64,000 bases of DNA, from the NCBI GenBank assembly GCA_038886535.1, contig JAVZXS010000001.1, positions 180,636-244,635 on the forward strand, given 5' to 3'. This DNA is from Candidatus Micrarchaeia archaeon (GTDB lineage Archaea; Micrarchaeota; Micrarchaeia; CABMEP01). Numbering within the stretch: position 1 is the first letter of the stretch; each line of letters begins with the position of its first letter. Made by a program: the position numbers and the translations under genes. The notes below the pieces were generated by a model that was not told the origin of the DNA, ran no database searches, and saw only the letters and a list, made by a program, of their open reading frames with translations. Shown one piece after another: positions 10,095 to 21,270 of the stretch.

Positions 10095-11186
10095 ATGAAA
10101 TTCGATGTTCTAGTTATTGGTGGAAGTGCAATAGGTGGAGCCGCTGCAGCTGCATGCTCAAAACATGGATTGAAAACTGCTATTCTCGAAGAGGATAAAG
10201 AAGTTGGAAAATATAAAAGATGCACTGCAATATGTTCTGAAAATGGTTTAAAGAAAACAAAGATTCCATATACTGATGCAATTTTAAATAAGATAAAAGG
10301 AGGAGTGATTCATTCTCCAAAAAACGAGGTCAAAATAAAGATGAAAAATAATATAGGAATTGTTTTTGACAGGCAAAAATTCGATGAAAATAGTATTGAT
10401 AGAGCATTGTCTTATGGTTCTGAATTATTTAAGGAAAAAAGGGCTATTTCATTCTATAATTTCAATAGTCATTATTCTGTATTTGCAGGAAATACATTCC
10501 ACTCAAAAATCATAGTTGGAGCAGATGGAGTAACTTCAAAAACCGCTTCAGAATTCAATTTTCCACCACTTAAGAAAATAGCTTATTGTTTTGAAAAAGA
10601 AGTAACAAACGTCGATGTTCCTCATTCGGATTTAGTGGACATATACATAGATAACGAAAATTTACCTGGCTTTTTTGGTTGGTGTGTTCCAGTTGATGAA
10701 AAAACTGTAAGAGTGGGATTTGGAGTCACAAAATTAAATAAGTTTTTAGATGCAAAAACGTTTTTCTACTCACAAAGTTCACTTAACTTTCTTAAGAAAA
10801 AGACAGCAAAAACAATAAGAAAGTTTAATGCAGCCATACCTTTAGGTCCAAGAGAAGTAACGCAAATTAAGGGCGTTCTTTTAGTTGGAGATGCAGCAGG
10901 GCAGACAAAGGCAACAACTGGCGGTGGTTTGGTTTTCGGTTCTCAATGTGCACATATTCTTGGGGAGGCAGTTTCTGATCATATCAATAAAGGTGAAAAA
11001 TTAGAGTACGAAAAGAGATGGAGGAAAGACTTCGGATCAACTTTATATCTTCATAAAATAGTTAGAAGAGGTATTGATTTAGTGCCAAATTATGTTTTAG
11101 ATTTTTCTGTTTCTTTTCTTAAAATTCCATTTATAAATAGATTGTTATCTGAAGCTGCAGATATGGATTATATAATAAGGATATGA
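10095..11186 (+). CDS. Geranylgeranyl reductase family flavoprotein (digeranylgeranylglycerophospholipid reductase-like)
   Basis: FAD-binding DVLVIGGSAIGGAAA, and GDAAGQTKATTGGGL is typical of GGR. Confidence 0.75.
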   Translation: MKFDVLVIGGSAIGGAAAAACSKHGLKTAILEEDKEVGKYKRCTAICSENGLKKTKIPYTDAILNKIKGGVIHSPKNEVKIKMKNNIGIVFDRQKFDENSIDRALSYGSELFKEKRAISFYNFNSHYSVFAGNTFHSKIIVGADGVTSKTASEFNFPPLKKIAYCFEKEVTNVDVPHSDLVDIYIDNENLPGFFGWCVPVDEKTVRVGFGVTKLNKFLDAKTFFYSQSSLNFLKKKTAKTIRKFNAAIPLGPREVTQIKGVLLVGDAAGQTKATTGGGLVFGSQCAHILGEAVSDHINKGEKLEYEKRWRKDFGSTLYLHKIVRRGIDLVPNYVLDFSVSFLKIPFINRLLSEAADMDYIIRI

Positions 11187-11190
11187 ATTT

Positions 11191-12528
11191 TTATGTTCCA
11201 TACATTTTAGCTTTTTTTATTATTCCCATTACTATTGGCATTACATTTAAATGCGTTATATTTCCTAATCCTCCTTTTGCTGTACTCCTTTCATCAAATC
11301 TTTTAACATCGTCGTTACGAATCATATCTCTTGGACCCCATATTAGTATAGGAACAGGATCTGCTGAATGAGATTTCATACTGCACGGGGTAGAATGATC
11401 GCCAGTTAAAACAACAACAGTATCCTTAAGTTTAGTTATAGGTTTTAATGATTTGTCTATTTTTTCTATCATTTTCACTTTCGTTTTCCAATCCCCATCA
11501 TGTCCGGCTATATCTGTTGCTTTTATATGTAAAAATACAAAATCATATCTTTCTAGGGCATTGATAACTGATTTTATTTTACCTTCTAGATCTGTATCAT
11601 ATCCAGCAGTAGCAGTCGGAACATTTATTATATCCATTCCAATATATTTTGCAACCCCTTTATATAATGCTCCTCCTGCAACGCAAGCAGCCTTCATTTC
11701 ATATCTTTCAGAAAACGGAATTACTCTTACTGCCCATCCATATAATCCTCTATATTCTGCTCCTTCTTCTATTCTTCCTTGCATTTTTTCTATCATACTA
11801 GCTCCACGTGTCATTATTGAATTTGCAACTTTCAAATTCTTTCTTTTTCTTTCTTCATTTAACTTGTGTTTTTCAAGTATTCTGTTTATTTCTCTTATTG
11901 TTTCATTTAAAACTTCAGAAGTAATCTCTGCGCTTTCACTTTCGTCTAGTGGTTTAGCCCACTGCATTCTTCCTTCGTGGTGTGAATCTGTATCACTAAT
12001 TAGAGGATTAAGTTTAAAATCTGGATCAAGACTTCTAATTACTAAAACACCTCTATGTGATTTAGTATGATGGAATCTGGATTCAAATTCTCTTGTTTTT
12101 CCATTCTTATCTTTTATTTTGACTTTTATTGAAGAGATAGACTTGGAAATTTCTTTTGCTTCATCATTACTCATTCTGCCAGCTCTCCTATCAGTTATAT
12201 ACCACTCATTTCCTTTTTTTTCTACGGTGCAGAAATTAGATCGGAATGCGATCTCTCCAGGTCTAATTTCTATTCCAGCACCTAGAGCTTCAAGTATCCC
12301 TCTTCCAACATAGAATCTGAATGGATCATATCCAAAAATTGCTAAATGTCCAGTGTCGCTTCCAGGAACCCATCCAGGTCCAACAGGATAACTTATTCCA
12401 GTTATTCCTTCTTTTGCCATTCTATCAATATTCGGTTTTTTTGCAATTTCAAGAGGTGTCTTTCTATTTTTTTCATTTATTGGTCTATCCCCAATTCCAT
12501 CTAAAACAATGAAAACAACTTTAGTCAT
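11191..12528 (-). CDS. apgM: 2,3-bisphosphoglycerate-independent phosphoglycerate mutase, archaeal type
   Basis: VVFIVLDGIGDRP and the SDTGHLAIFGYDP metal-binding motifs. Length is about 445 aa. Confidence 0.8.
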   Translation of the reverse strand: MTKVVFIVLDGIGDRPINEKNRKTPLEIAKKPNIDRMAKEGITGISYPVGPGWVPGSDTGHLAIFGYDPFRFYVGRGILEALGAGIEIRPGEIAFRSNFCTVEKKGNEWYITDRRAGRMSNDEAKEISKSISSIKVKIKDKNGKTREFESRFHHTKSHRGVLVIRSLDPDFKLNPLISDTDSHHEGRMQWAKPLDESESAEITSEVLNETIREINRILEKHKLNEERKRKNLKVANSIMTRGASMIEKMQGRIEEGAEYRGLYGWAVRVIPFSERYEMKAACVAGGALYKGVAKYIGMDIINVPTATAGYDTDLEGKIKSVINALERYDFVFLHIKATDIAGHDGDWKTKVKMIEKIDKSLKPITKLKDTVVVLTGDHSTPCSMKSHSADPVPILIWGPRDMIRNDDVKRFDERSTAKGGLGNITHLNVMPIVMGIIKKAKMYGT

Positions 12529-12619
12529 TTACTCACTAAGAAGTAATCCTTAGCAATATTTTTTAATATTACTTTCTTTATAACCTTTAAGGATTTACAA
12601 TAATCCATGGAGCGGTTTT

Positions 12620-13090
12620 ATGAAGCCTGCAACACTATGTTTCTTTTTCAGGAAAAATAATGGAGAAGAAGAGATTCTTCTTGCAATGAAAAAGAGAAGG
12701 TTTGGAGCTGGAAAATGGAATGGATATGGAGGAAAGATAGAGGAAGGCGAACCTCTTTTAGAGGCGGCATGCAGAGAAATAAAAGAAGAGAGCGGTTTAG
12801 ATGTTGAGCCTTCTTCGTTAATAAAGATTGGTGAGATTGATTTTAAAGTAAAAGATAAGCCAGAGTGGGATCAATTTGTACACGTATTCAAAGTAACTGA
12901 ATGGAATGGAGAGCCGGTAGAGACGGAAGAGATGAGGCCAAAATGGTTTAAGATAAAAGATATTCCTTACGATGAAATGTGGGAAATGGACAGGATTTGG
13001 ATTCCTTACATGTTAAAAGGAAAGTTTATAAATGCAAAATTCATATTAGATTCAGATGGAGAAAGGATATTGTATTATAATATAATTTAG
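12620..13090 (+). CDS. Nudix hydrolase
   Basis: Nudix box GGKIEEGEPLLEAACREIKEESGL. Confidence 0.8.
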   Translation: MKPATLCFFFRKNNGEEEILLAMKKRRFGAGKWNGYGGKIEEGEPLLEAACREIKEESGLDVEPSSLIKIGEIDFKVKDKPEWDQFVHVFKVTEWNGEPVETEEMRPKWFKIKDIPYDEMWEMDRIWIPYMLKGKFINAKFILDSDGERILYYNII

Positions 13091-13113
13091 TTTATTTACT
13101 TAGGGGGGAATTT

Positions 13114-16100
13114 GTGGCTGGTTTAAATCTGAGAATATTTTTTATTTTTTTTATCGTTTTGTTCAATATAAATTATGGTTTATCTTATCTCAATAACTGT
13201 AGTAATTTAAATATTAATGGTGAAACTTATATCCTGACAACTAACGTTTCTTCAACAACTATCTGCTTTAACATATCAGCCAATAATATAACTCTTGATT
13301 GCAATGGGAATACGATTTATAGCTATAATAATGCAGTAGCTAATGCTTCAATAATTACAAATGCTGCGTTAACAGGTATTGTCATTAAAAATTGTAATTT
13401 TATTGGAAATGATTCATACATTCTTTTTTTCCCATATGGTAATTTAAATTCAAAACTTATTAACAATTCATTTAAAAACTGTTATTATTGTAGTTGGATA
13501 CAATCTGATAATAACATTTCTATAATTAACAATTCTTTTTATAATTCTAGAAATGCGATTCATTTTGTTGGAACTAGTGGTTTCAACATCTCTAATAACC
13601 TTTTTTCAAACATCAGCTCCAGATCTATTTCTGCTGGTGGGTTAGATTCTAATCCAAGTTTAGTTAAAGTAATCGAGAACAATTTCTTCCTCAATACTTA
13701 TAGAGGAATTTATAATGGTATGACTTTGACACATATCAATTCAAATGAATTCTATAATTGTGGAGAATATTGTATTTATTTAGCTTCTGCACAAAACAAT
13801 TCAATTTTTAATAACAATATAAGTAATTATTCAATATATGGCTTAATTTTGGATTCATCGTTAGGAACTAATATATCTACAAACATATTTAATTCAACTG
13901 TAGGTAGTGCTATAGTTTTAAGAAGTAGTGATGTAATTTCTGTTTTTAATAATACGATATATGGTCCTTTGATATTAGAGAGCTCTCGGAATGATACTAT
14001 ATTCAACAATACAATTTTGACTGCAGGAATAGCATTACACGCCTATTCTCCCTATTATGAAAACGAGAATAATCAAATATTTAACAATTCAATAGTTAGT
14101 ATTGATTCTTATGCTATTCGATTAGTTAGTTCTAAAAATAACTTAATCTATAATAATATACTGAAAGGATCTGTTCCAGTAGAAGTCGTTGACACTTTAT
14201 ATACTAATTATTGGAATACAACAATTAATTGTTCTGGCGCGAGAAATATAGTTGGCGGTCCGTGTATTGGAGGTAATTTTTATTCTAACCTGAATGAGAC
14301 AGGTTTTTCAGAAAACATTAATGTATGTTCACCACAGTCAAATAAAATATGTGGAAATTCATATACCATACAAACTAACAATATTGATTATGCACCAATA
14401 ACAAATCGTTTGTTAGCACCATCTTGTAGTTCACAATTAAATGAACCAAATACGATTTATATTATGTGGAGTTCTCAAGTTACACCTGGGACGTGTTATA
14501 CAATTACAGCAAATAACGTTACACTCGACTGTAAAGGATATACTATTACATATGCTACAGGATCTAATTATGCGTATGGAATATATTCTGGTGGCTATAA
14601 TAACTCTGTAATTAAAAACTGCAAACTTATTCAAAATACAGCTCCAAGAAATAATGCACATGGAATTTGGTTTGCAGGAAGTTCAAATAATAAAGTTGAA
14701 AATGTTTCTATAAATATTGTTGGAAATCAAAGCAACGGTATTTATTTAACTTATTCTTGGCCCAATCCATCTAATTACAATTTTATTAAAAACACAACTA
14801 TTACTATGTCAGGAGTGCAAGGTCATGGTATAGATATTTATGGATCTTATAATAACTTCTCAAATATTTCAATTGTAACAACTGGAATGTATGGAAATGG
14901 AATTAATTTCGATCCTTCTTCAGATTCAAATTACAACATATTTACAAACATGTCAGTAAAGGATACAGGTTCTTATTCCTTTGCAATTCAATTGCGTGGT
15001 AATGATAATAGATTCTATAATAATTTAATTAATAGTAGTTCTACTTCTCCAGTTTCAGTAACATCTGGTTCTAATTCATTTAATACAACGCTTACAATGG
15101 GAACAAATATAATTGGCGGTAATTATATTGCCGGTAATTTCTGGGCAACTCCTTCAGGAAACGGTTTCTCTGAAACATGTACAGACAATGATGGAAACGG
15201 GATCTGTGATGCAACTTATACTATCAATTCAGATAACATCGACTATCTCCCGCTTGCAGTTCCTCCAATTCAGTTAACAAGTTGCGGTACTCTTGATAAG
15301 ACAGGAAAAACGTACTTATTAATTCAAAACATTACTACCTCTAATGATTGTTTTATAATAAATAAAAGTTATATAACGCTAGATTGTCAGAATAATACTA
15401 TTACAGCAAATAGAGGTGTTTTGATTGGCTTTCCAGGACGGGAAAGTTCTTCAAATATAACCGTTAAGAATTGTATAATAAACAGTGCTTATGATGGAAT
15501 AGACTTAGGGGCTTGGAGTTATAATACTAATATTACTATTTTAGGAAATAAAATTATTAGTCAATATGCGAATGGTATCGCTTTTGGAACTGTAGCAGGT
15601 TCTAATATTAATATATCTAATAATATAATTTATTCCCCTAGATGGGGGATCTATATAGTCAGCGGTTCAGGTTATATAACAAACAATACAATTGTTCAAG
15701 TAGACTGCAATTATGGAGGATATCCTCCTTGTGGTGGTTTAATTTTATATGGTGGTTCAAATTTTAATATATTACATAATTTTATAAACTCAACAAACGC
15801 ACACGGTATTGTTTTTGCAGATTACTTAGGAACTACAGCAGATAACAACTTAGTTATCAATAATCTTATTTATACTAATTATTGTGGTTTTCGTTTTCAA
15901 CCTTATAGTAAATGTGGAGCAAGGAATAATATCATAGCTAATAGTACTATTATAGCAATTGGTACAAACAGCTGTGGAATATATTCAGACTGTCCAATAA
16001 ATACTACGTGGTCTAATATTACAATCAACTCTGAAGGAACAGATTTTATTTCATTATATTCAATAAATAATACTTATTTTAATGTAACATTCAATTCTTC

Positions 16101-19100
16101 TTTCTACCCAACTAAGGTAAGTTTTACTCATAATGGCAGCATTAAAATAAATTCAGCTGATGCAGTTCCTTCTTCAGGATACTACAATGTTTCCAAATAC
16201 CTTAACATCACAAACTCAACACCTGCATGGGTATACATTAATTTCACATACTCAAACGATACAATAGGAGAAAATGAAACAAAACTCAAACTCTATAGAT
16301 GGGATGGGTCTGCATGGAATGAAGTTCCAGGAAGCGGAGTAGATACTGATAATAAGATAGTTTATGGAAATATTACACAATTCAGCATATTTGCTCCACT
16401 TGCAGTTGCAGATGCGATTCCCCCATCAATTCAATTGATATCTCCTGAAAATGATACATATACAAACCAAAACAGTATGACCTTCATTTTCAATGCAACA
16501 GATGATCAGAGTTCTACATTAAACTGCAGCCTTTACATAAATAATGAAATTAACCAGACAAACGAAAGTTTTGTAAATGGTTCAGTTACTTCGTTCTCAT
16601 TGACAAATATTGCAGATGGATATTATACATGGTACGTTAATTGTTCTGACGCTTCTGGCAATAGCAATGTCTCAGAAACAAGAACATTTACAATTGACAC
16701 AATTCCTCCATCAGTCTCTATCACATCTCCATCTTCAAATTCATATCTTAATTCAAAGATAATAACAATAACTGGTACTTCATCTGATCTAAATTACAAT
16801 TTCACAAACATCTCAATCTGGCAGGGAAGCACACTAATTAATTCAACAATCACAACTAGTACTTCATGGTCAGTCCAGCTTGCAGCGCAGGATGACGGAG
16901 TATATAGCATAAGTGCTGTTGCATATGATCTTGCAGGTAATGAAAATTCAAGCAATATAACAGATATAACAATAGATACTACCATACCTCAGGTTACAAT
17001 TATTTCTCCATCGCAATCATCCCCGATTTATTTGAGGAGCAGCGTTCCAGTCCAACTTAAATTCAATTACAATGAAACCAATCCTGCAAACTATACAGCT
17101 CTACTAATAAACAGTTCAGGACAAAGAGTATCAAACATATCAGAGAGTTTAGCTATTAGTGGTGATGTGAATATTACGGCATCACTGTCAACTACTGGAC
17201 TGCCTAATGGAAACTATTCAATCAATGTTACAATTTTTGATAAAGTAGGACACACTGTAACTGTCTCAGAGATCAATAATGTAATTATAGATAATGAAAT
17301 ACCTGGTGTAATAATTAATTCGCCTTCATCTGGCCATTATATTATAGGAGACACAATAGTTTTGAATCTTACAATATTTGATGACAATCTCAATTACACT
17401 CAAATCACGATCTATAACGCATCAGAATCTATTCTAAATTACACCACTAATCAGTCTGGAACATTTACAATAAACTTCACTCTTCCAGATGATATATATA
17501 CAATAAATGTAACCTCCTTTGATCTGTCTGGAAACAATGCAACCGCAACTGTCACTGGTGTAGAATTAGATTCAACATCACCATTCTATCTAAATAACTG
17601 CTTGGACATAACAATGCCAGGAGAATACTATCTTGTAAATAATATTTATTCAACTAATGTCACTTGTATATTCATAGATGCAGATAACGTGACTGTTGAT
17701 GGTCAGGGATATGAAGTACGCAACCTTGGAAACCCAATTATTCCGGGAATATTTGTACAGGATAGGAAAAACATTACGATTCAAAACATAATAATCTCTC
17801 ATTATGATCCAGATATTCAAATGATTAATGTAACTGATGCAAAGATTTACAACGTAACACATAATGGAGGACAAATTGAAATTATATATACTGATGCAGA
17901 AATTAAGAATTCAAGATTTGAGAATAGCAGTTCAGAAGGTATGGTTGCAAATCTTTCAAACATTATCATAAATAATACAATTATCAAAAATAGCCAATCT
18001 GATACATTATATATATCATCTTCTAATGTAAGCATTTTAGGCTCACATATTCAGAACTCTAATGGAGTAAAAGGCATTTCCATTTCTGGACAAAACAGCA
18101 TAATATCAATAGCATCATCAAGTATTATTCTGCAAACAGCAGACAATGCAGATGTAATTGATGTTGATGTTTCATCAACAGATAACCTATATCTATCAAT
18201 TTCAGATTCAAACGTAAGCAACCAAAACAGTTTCATACATTTAAGAAATTCAGCTGGTTTTGAATCCAAGAATATTTCAATTAATGTTTTCAGAAACAAT
18301 ATTTTCAACTTCTCAAAAATTATATCTTCAGATTCACCAGTTAATGGATCAGGAAAGATCTTATTAACCAGTGATATTCATGGAAACTACTGGGGAAGAT
18401 CATCTTACCCATATGTGAATTTATCAGACTTCCAAAATGTTTCAGATGTCTCAGATGAGCTTCCTTATAAAGAAGCAGATGGATGGAATAAGGAAGCAAG
18501 ATTCAGATTAAATTCTTCAAGCTATAATTTTGCATCAAAAGATGGAAAGCTGTCAATTTTAATGCCATACAACCCATCCTCACCAAATGACAATCTTGTC
18601 TTAAGCAGGCTAGAAAATGAAGTCTTCGTAATAACAGATCTTCCTTTAATGCATTTAGCTGCTGAAAACTCAATAGTAAATGCAAGATTGCACTATTTAT
18701 TTGGAACTTACGAATCTGTGTATTTGCCAGTTGAAGAAAGAGAAGGCCTACTTTTAGTAACTCCGTTACCTATTGAAATCAAGGTAAATCTTTCAGATGA
18801 TTTCAACACAAGTGAAGCAGATGATATTTCCTCAATTGAATTCGATGAAAATGGATTTATAAAAGATCTCGGTGGAAAATTCGTTTTTGACTCAAATGAA
18901 GAATCTTTCAAGCTAAAGCTTAACATCATTAATGGTTCAATTGATTTCTTAATAGGAAAGAAGGAATCAGATCTTATACTTTTTGACAATGTAAGCCCAA
19001 CAGTCTCTCTACGTCAATCCGGTTCTATAGTTATTGCAGATTATTTAGATCCATTACAACAAGTGATTCAGAGAAATGATGGAAGAGGCAATGCTTATAA

Positions 19101-21270
19101 GGAAGTGAATTCAGATCAAATTATTCCATTGTTCCTGCCAAATGGGGCAATGGTCAGTAATGCAACGATGACACTTTCACCTCTCTCAGGAACTCCTTCA
19201 TTCAACGTTTCAATCTACTTAAGAAACAACGTGACTTCATTATCTTCAGCTGAAAGATATTACTTTAATGAAATCTCTTCTCTCTCTTCACCTATTACGT
19301 TAGACTTAACTTCAAGTATGCAATCAGCTCTTGGAAATTGCAGCCAATTGCATAATGGTTCATATTGTTTATTCTATATCAGTATCAATGGTTTGAATGA
19401 TGGAGAATTCAATATTTCAGAATTCAATTTCAATTATTCATATTCATCTGGAATCAAGTTGCCAGATGTAAATACCAGTGGTACAATTACATCTCTTGTG
19501 GAAATACCAAAGCATGAACCAGATGTTTTCTATCTAAGCGATGGAGGAACTGATGTCCTAGTTATTTCATTGCCTTTCAAGTCATACATAAAATCAGCAC
19601 AGATAACATTAAGTGGAGAAGAGTGGGAAGGCTCTTATCCATCTAATGTCAATATGTGGATAGGAAACGGATCAACATCACCCAGAACGCCATTTGTTAC
19701 ATATTCTGGTGAATTCAATACTTCCATACAAATAATTGCACCATTTGTTTCTGCTTTAAGGAACTATACATCAAGCGCAGATGCTGACCATAAAGGTAAT
19801 GTCCTAATACCATTAACACTTAATTCATCAACAAAGGGTAAGGTCAGGATCAGTTCTATAAGTGTTGATTATGATTTAAGAAATGCATACGATTTAAACT
19901 CTCCATCGTATATCTATGGATTCAATGATGGAAGTGAAGTTAAAACAGTAACATTTACAAACTCCTCACCATCTACAATCCTCTATATAGATATTCCAAA
20001 GTATTCCAGAGTTTCAAACATCTCAATCATATCAAGCCCTTCAGAGAACATTACATTCAATATTGACTTCCTAAACGATGGAGTTATAGAGATTGAGAAT
20101 AGTACAATGATAAGGCAACTCAATCTTACTCAATACCTACAAAATTGTTCTCCATACAAATTTAGAATTCCATTTGGAAGATTGTGCAAGGTTGCAATTA
20201 ACATAACAGCCAATCTTGATGCGTATCCAAATGTTTATTCAGATTTCGAAGTTACAAGTTCATTTATCTCAATGCCTTGGCGATATGCCGGATCTGATTC
20301 AGAAATAATAAGAGAAAGCGAAAAGAGGTTTGACTTTCTTACTATCCCAACTGGAGCTGCCAAGCGTGCAAGGTCTCTATCATTAGAGCACCGTTCAATC
20401 TACTCATTACAATCAGGTGATATTGTTATCGGCTATGGATTAGATATGGCTGGAAATAGAGGAAGTGGCAATTATACATTTATAGTTGCCGGCCCACCCA
20501 CTCCACCAGCAATAACTCCACCATTAACAAAGATTCCATTATCTGGATGGATGAATTGTACTAATTCATTAGCATATGTAATAACAGAACCAGGTGCTTC
20601 AGTTACTGTTTTGTTTAGGTCAAGCGGCATGTTTGTTACAGGAGGAACAGCGGATTCAAATGGAAGATTTGAGTTTATGCCTTTATTGAGTGGAGACTAT
20701 ATTATCCGTGTATCTAAATCAGGATTTGAAGATAATCAAATTACACTTACTGCAAATATTTGTATTGTTGAGACGCAAATTTCTACAAAGAAGTCACTCA
20801 TCTGTTCTCAAGATAAGTGCAGTATTAATCTTTATCTTGCAACAAACAAGATTTCAGACTTCCAGTTCAGGCTTACAGACTTTATACCGTCGCAAGTAAT
20901 AAAAACAGTTAATTCGATAGTTGACAGATTCGGAAAGGTGTTCTATAGTTATAGCTATACAGATTCTTTAATTTCTATTCCATCCACTCAGAAGATAACG
21001 AGTACATTCTCAGTTATATTAGATACGGTTTTGACCGCTATTCCAAACTACATTGAAAATGAAAATAAATTCATATATTCAATAACTAATACTGCTGCAG
21101 ACGTTGAACTTGATGAGATTATAATACCATTGCCTGAAAATGCAAAAGGAAAGGAAATTGCATCAATCGAGTACATTGATGCAGACGGTTCAAAGATAAA
21201 TATAACGGATTACACAGTGGAATATGACAGGATTATTATCCACCAGTCAGTGATTATTAAGAAACAGTAA
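13114..21270 (+). CDS. Giant (2,718 aa) secreted surface protein built from tandem right-handed parallel beta-helix modules, Ig-like domains and a carboxypeptidase-regulatory-like domain, with very many N-x-S/T sequons
   Basis: Signal peptide MAGLNLRIFFIFFIVLFNINYG. PbH1-type repeats such as NNSIFNNNISN and NNTIYG recur. Four modules open with C..C...(I/V)TLDC. Three Ig-like repeats follow (DTIPPSVSITSPSSNSY, DTTIPQVTIISPSQSS, DNEIPGVIINSPSSGHY). A PPTPPAITPP linker precedes the C-terminal domains. The uninterrupted 8.1-kb ORF in AT-rich DNA is itself strong evidence of coding. Confidence 0.8.
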   Translation: MAGLNLRIFFIFFIVLFNINYGLSYLNNCSNLNINGETYILTTNVSSTTICFNISANNITLDCNGNTIYSYNNAVANASIITNAALTGIVIKNCNFIGNDSYILFFPYGNLNSKLINNSFKNCYYCSWIQSDNNISIINNSFYNSRNAIHFVGTSGFNISNNLFSNISSRSISAGGLDSNPSLVKVIENNFFLNTYRGIYNGMTLTHINSNEFYNCGEYCIYLASAQNNSIFNNNISNYSIYGLILDSSLGTNISTNIFNSTVGSAIVLRSSDVISVFNNTIYGPLILESSRNDTIFNNTILTAGIALHAYSPYYENENNQIFNNSIVSIDSYAIRLVSSKNNLIYNNILKGSVPVEVVDTLYTNYWNTTINCSGARNIVGGPCIGGNFYSNLNETGFSENINVCSPQSNKICGNSYTIQTNNIDYAPITNRLLAPSCSSQLNEPNTIYIMWSSQVTPGTCYTITANNVTLDCKGYTITYATGSNYAYGIYSGGYNNSVIKNCKLIQNTAPRNNAHGIWFAGSSNNKVENVSINIVGNQSNGIYLTYSWPNPSNYNFIKNTTITMSGVQGHGIDIYGSYNNFSNISIVTTGMYGNGINFDPSSDSNYNIFTNMSVKDTGSYSFAIQLRGNDNRFYNNLINSSSTSPVSVTSGSNSFNTTLTMGTNIIGGNYIAGNFWATPSGNGFSETCTDNDGNGICDATYTINSDNIDYLPLAVPPIQLTSCGTLDKTGKTYLLIQNITTSNDCFIINKSYITLDCQNNTITANRGVLIGFPGRESSSNITVKNCIINSAYDGIDLGAWSYNTNITILGNKIISQYANGIAFGTVAGSNINISNNIIYSPRWGIYIVSGSGYITNNTIVQVDCNYGGYPPCGGLILYGGSNFNILHNFINSTNAHGIVFADYLGTTADNNLVINNLIYTNYCGFRFQPYSKCGARNNIIANSTIIAIGTNSCGIYSDCPINTTWSNITINSEGTDFISLYSINNTYFNVTFNSSFYPTKVSFTHNGSIKINSADAVPSSGYYNVSKYLNITNSTPAWVYINFTYSNDTIGENETKLKLYRWDGSAWNEVPGSGVDTDNKIVYGNITQFSIFAPLAVADAIPPSIQLISPENDTYTNQNSMTFIFNATDDQSSTLNCSLYINNEINQTNESFVNGSVTSFSLTNIADGYYTWYVNCSDASGNSNVSETRTFTIDTIPPSVSITSPSSNSYLNSKIITITGTSSDLNYNFTNISIWQGSTLINSTITTSTSWSVQLAAQDDGVYSISAVAYDLAGNENSSNITDITIDTTIPQVTIISPSQSSPIYLRSSVPVQLKFNYNETNPANYTALLINSSGQRVSNISESLAISGDVNITASLSTTGLPNGNYSINVTIFDKVGHTVTVSEINNVIIDNEIPGVIINSPSSGHYIIGDTIVLNLTIFDDNLNYTQITIYNASESILNYTTNQSGTFTINFTLPDDIYTINVTSFDLSGNNATATVTGVELDSTSPFYLNNCLDITMPGEYYLVNNIYSTNVTCIFIDADNVTVDGQGYEVRNLGNPIIPGIFVQDRKNITIQNIIISHYDPDIQMINVTDAKIYNVTHNGGQIEIIYTDAEIKNSRFENSSSEGMVANLSNIIINNTIIKNSQSDTLYISSSNVSILGSHIQNSNGVKGISISGQNSIISIASSSIILQTADNADVIDVDVSSTDNLYLSISDSNVSNQNSFIHLRNSAGFESKNISINVFRNNIFNFSKIISSDSPVNGSGKILLTSDIHGNYWGRSSYPYVNLSDFQNVSDVSDELPYKEADGWNKEARFRLNSSSYNFASKDGKLSILMPYNPSSPNDNLVLSRLENEVFVITDLPLMHLAAENSIVNARLHYLFGTYESVYLPVEEREGLLLVTPLPIEIKVNLSDDFNTSEADDISSIEFDENGFIKDLGGKFVFDSNEESFKLKLNIINGSIDFLIGKKESDLILFDNVSPTVSLRQSGSIVIADYLDPLQQVIQRNDGRGNAYKEVNSDQIIPLFLPNGAMVSNATMTLSPLSGTPSFNVSIYLRNNVTSLSSAERYYFNEISSLSSPITLDLTSSMQSALGNCSQLHNGSYCLFYISINGLNDGEFNISEFNFNYSYSSGIKLPDVNTSGTITSLVEIPKHEPDVFYLSDGGTDVLVISLPFKSYIKSAQITLSGEEWEGSYPSNVNMWIGNGSTSPRTPFVTYSGEFNTSIQIIAPFVSALRNYTSSADADHKGNVLIPLTLNSSTKGKVRISSISVDYDLRNAYDLNSPSYIYGFNDGSEVKTVTFTNSSPSTILYIDIPKYSRVSNISIISSPSENITFNIDFLNDGVIEIENSTMIRQLNLTQYLQNCSPYKFRIPFGRLCKVAINITANLDAYPNVYSDFEVTSSFISMPWRYAGSDSEIIRESEKRFDFLTIPTGAAKRARSLSLEHRSIYSLQSGDIVIGYGLDMAGNRGSGNYTFIVAGPPTPPAITPPLTKIPLSGWMNCTNSLAYVITEPGASVTVLFRSSGMFVTGGTADSNGRFEFMPLLSGDYIIRVSKSGFEDNQITLTANICIVETQISTKKSLICSQDKCSINLYLATNKISDFQFRLTDFIPSQVIKTVNSIVDRFGKVFYSYSYTDSLISIPSTQKITSTFSVILDTVLTAIPNYIENENKFIYSITNTAADVELDEIIIPLPENAKGKEIASIEYIDADGSKINITDYTVEYDRIIIHQSVIIKKQ

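Noticed and set aside
13827-18989. Short minus-strand ORFs inside the giant surface gene (60-93 aa)
   Set aside because: They are embedded antisense in an uninterrupted 8.1-kb coding frame with coherent domain architecture.
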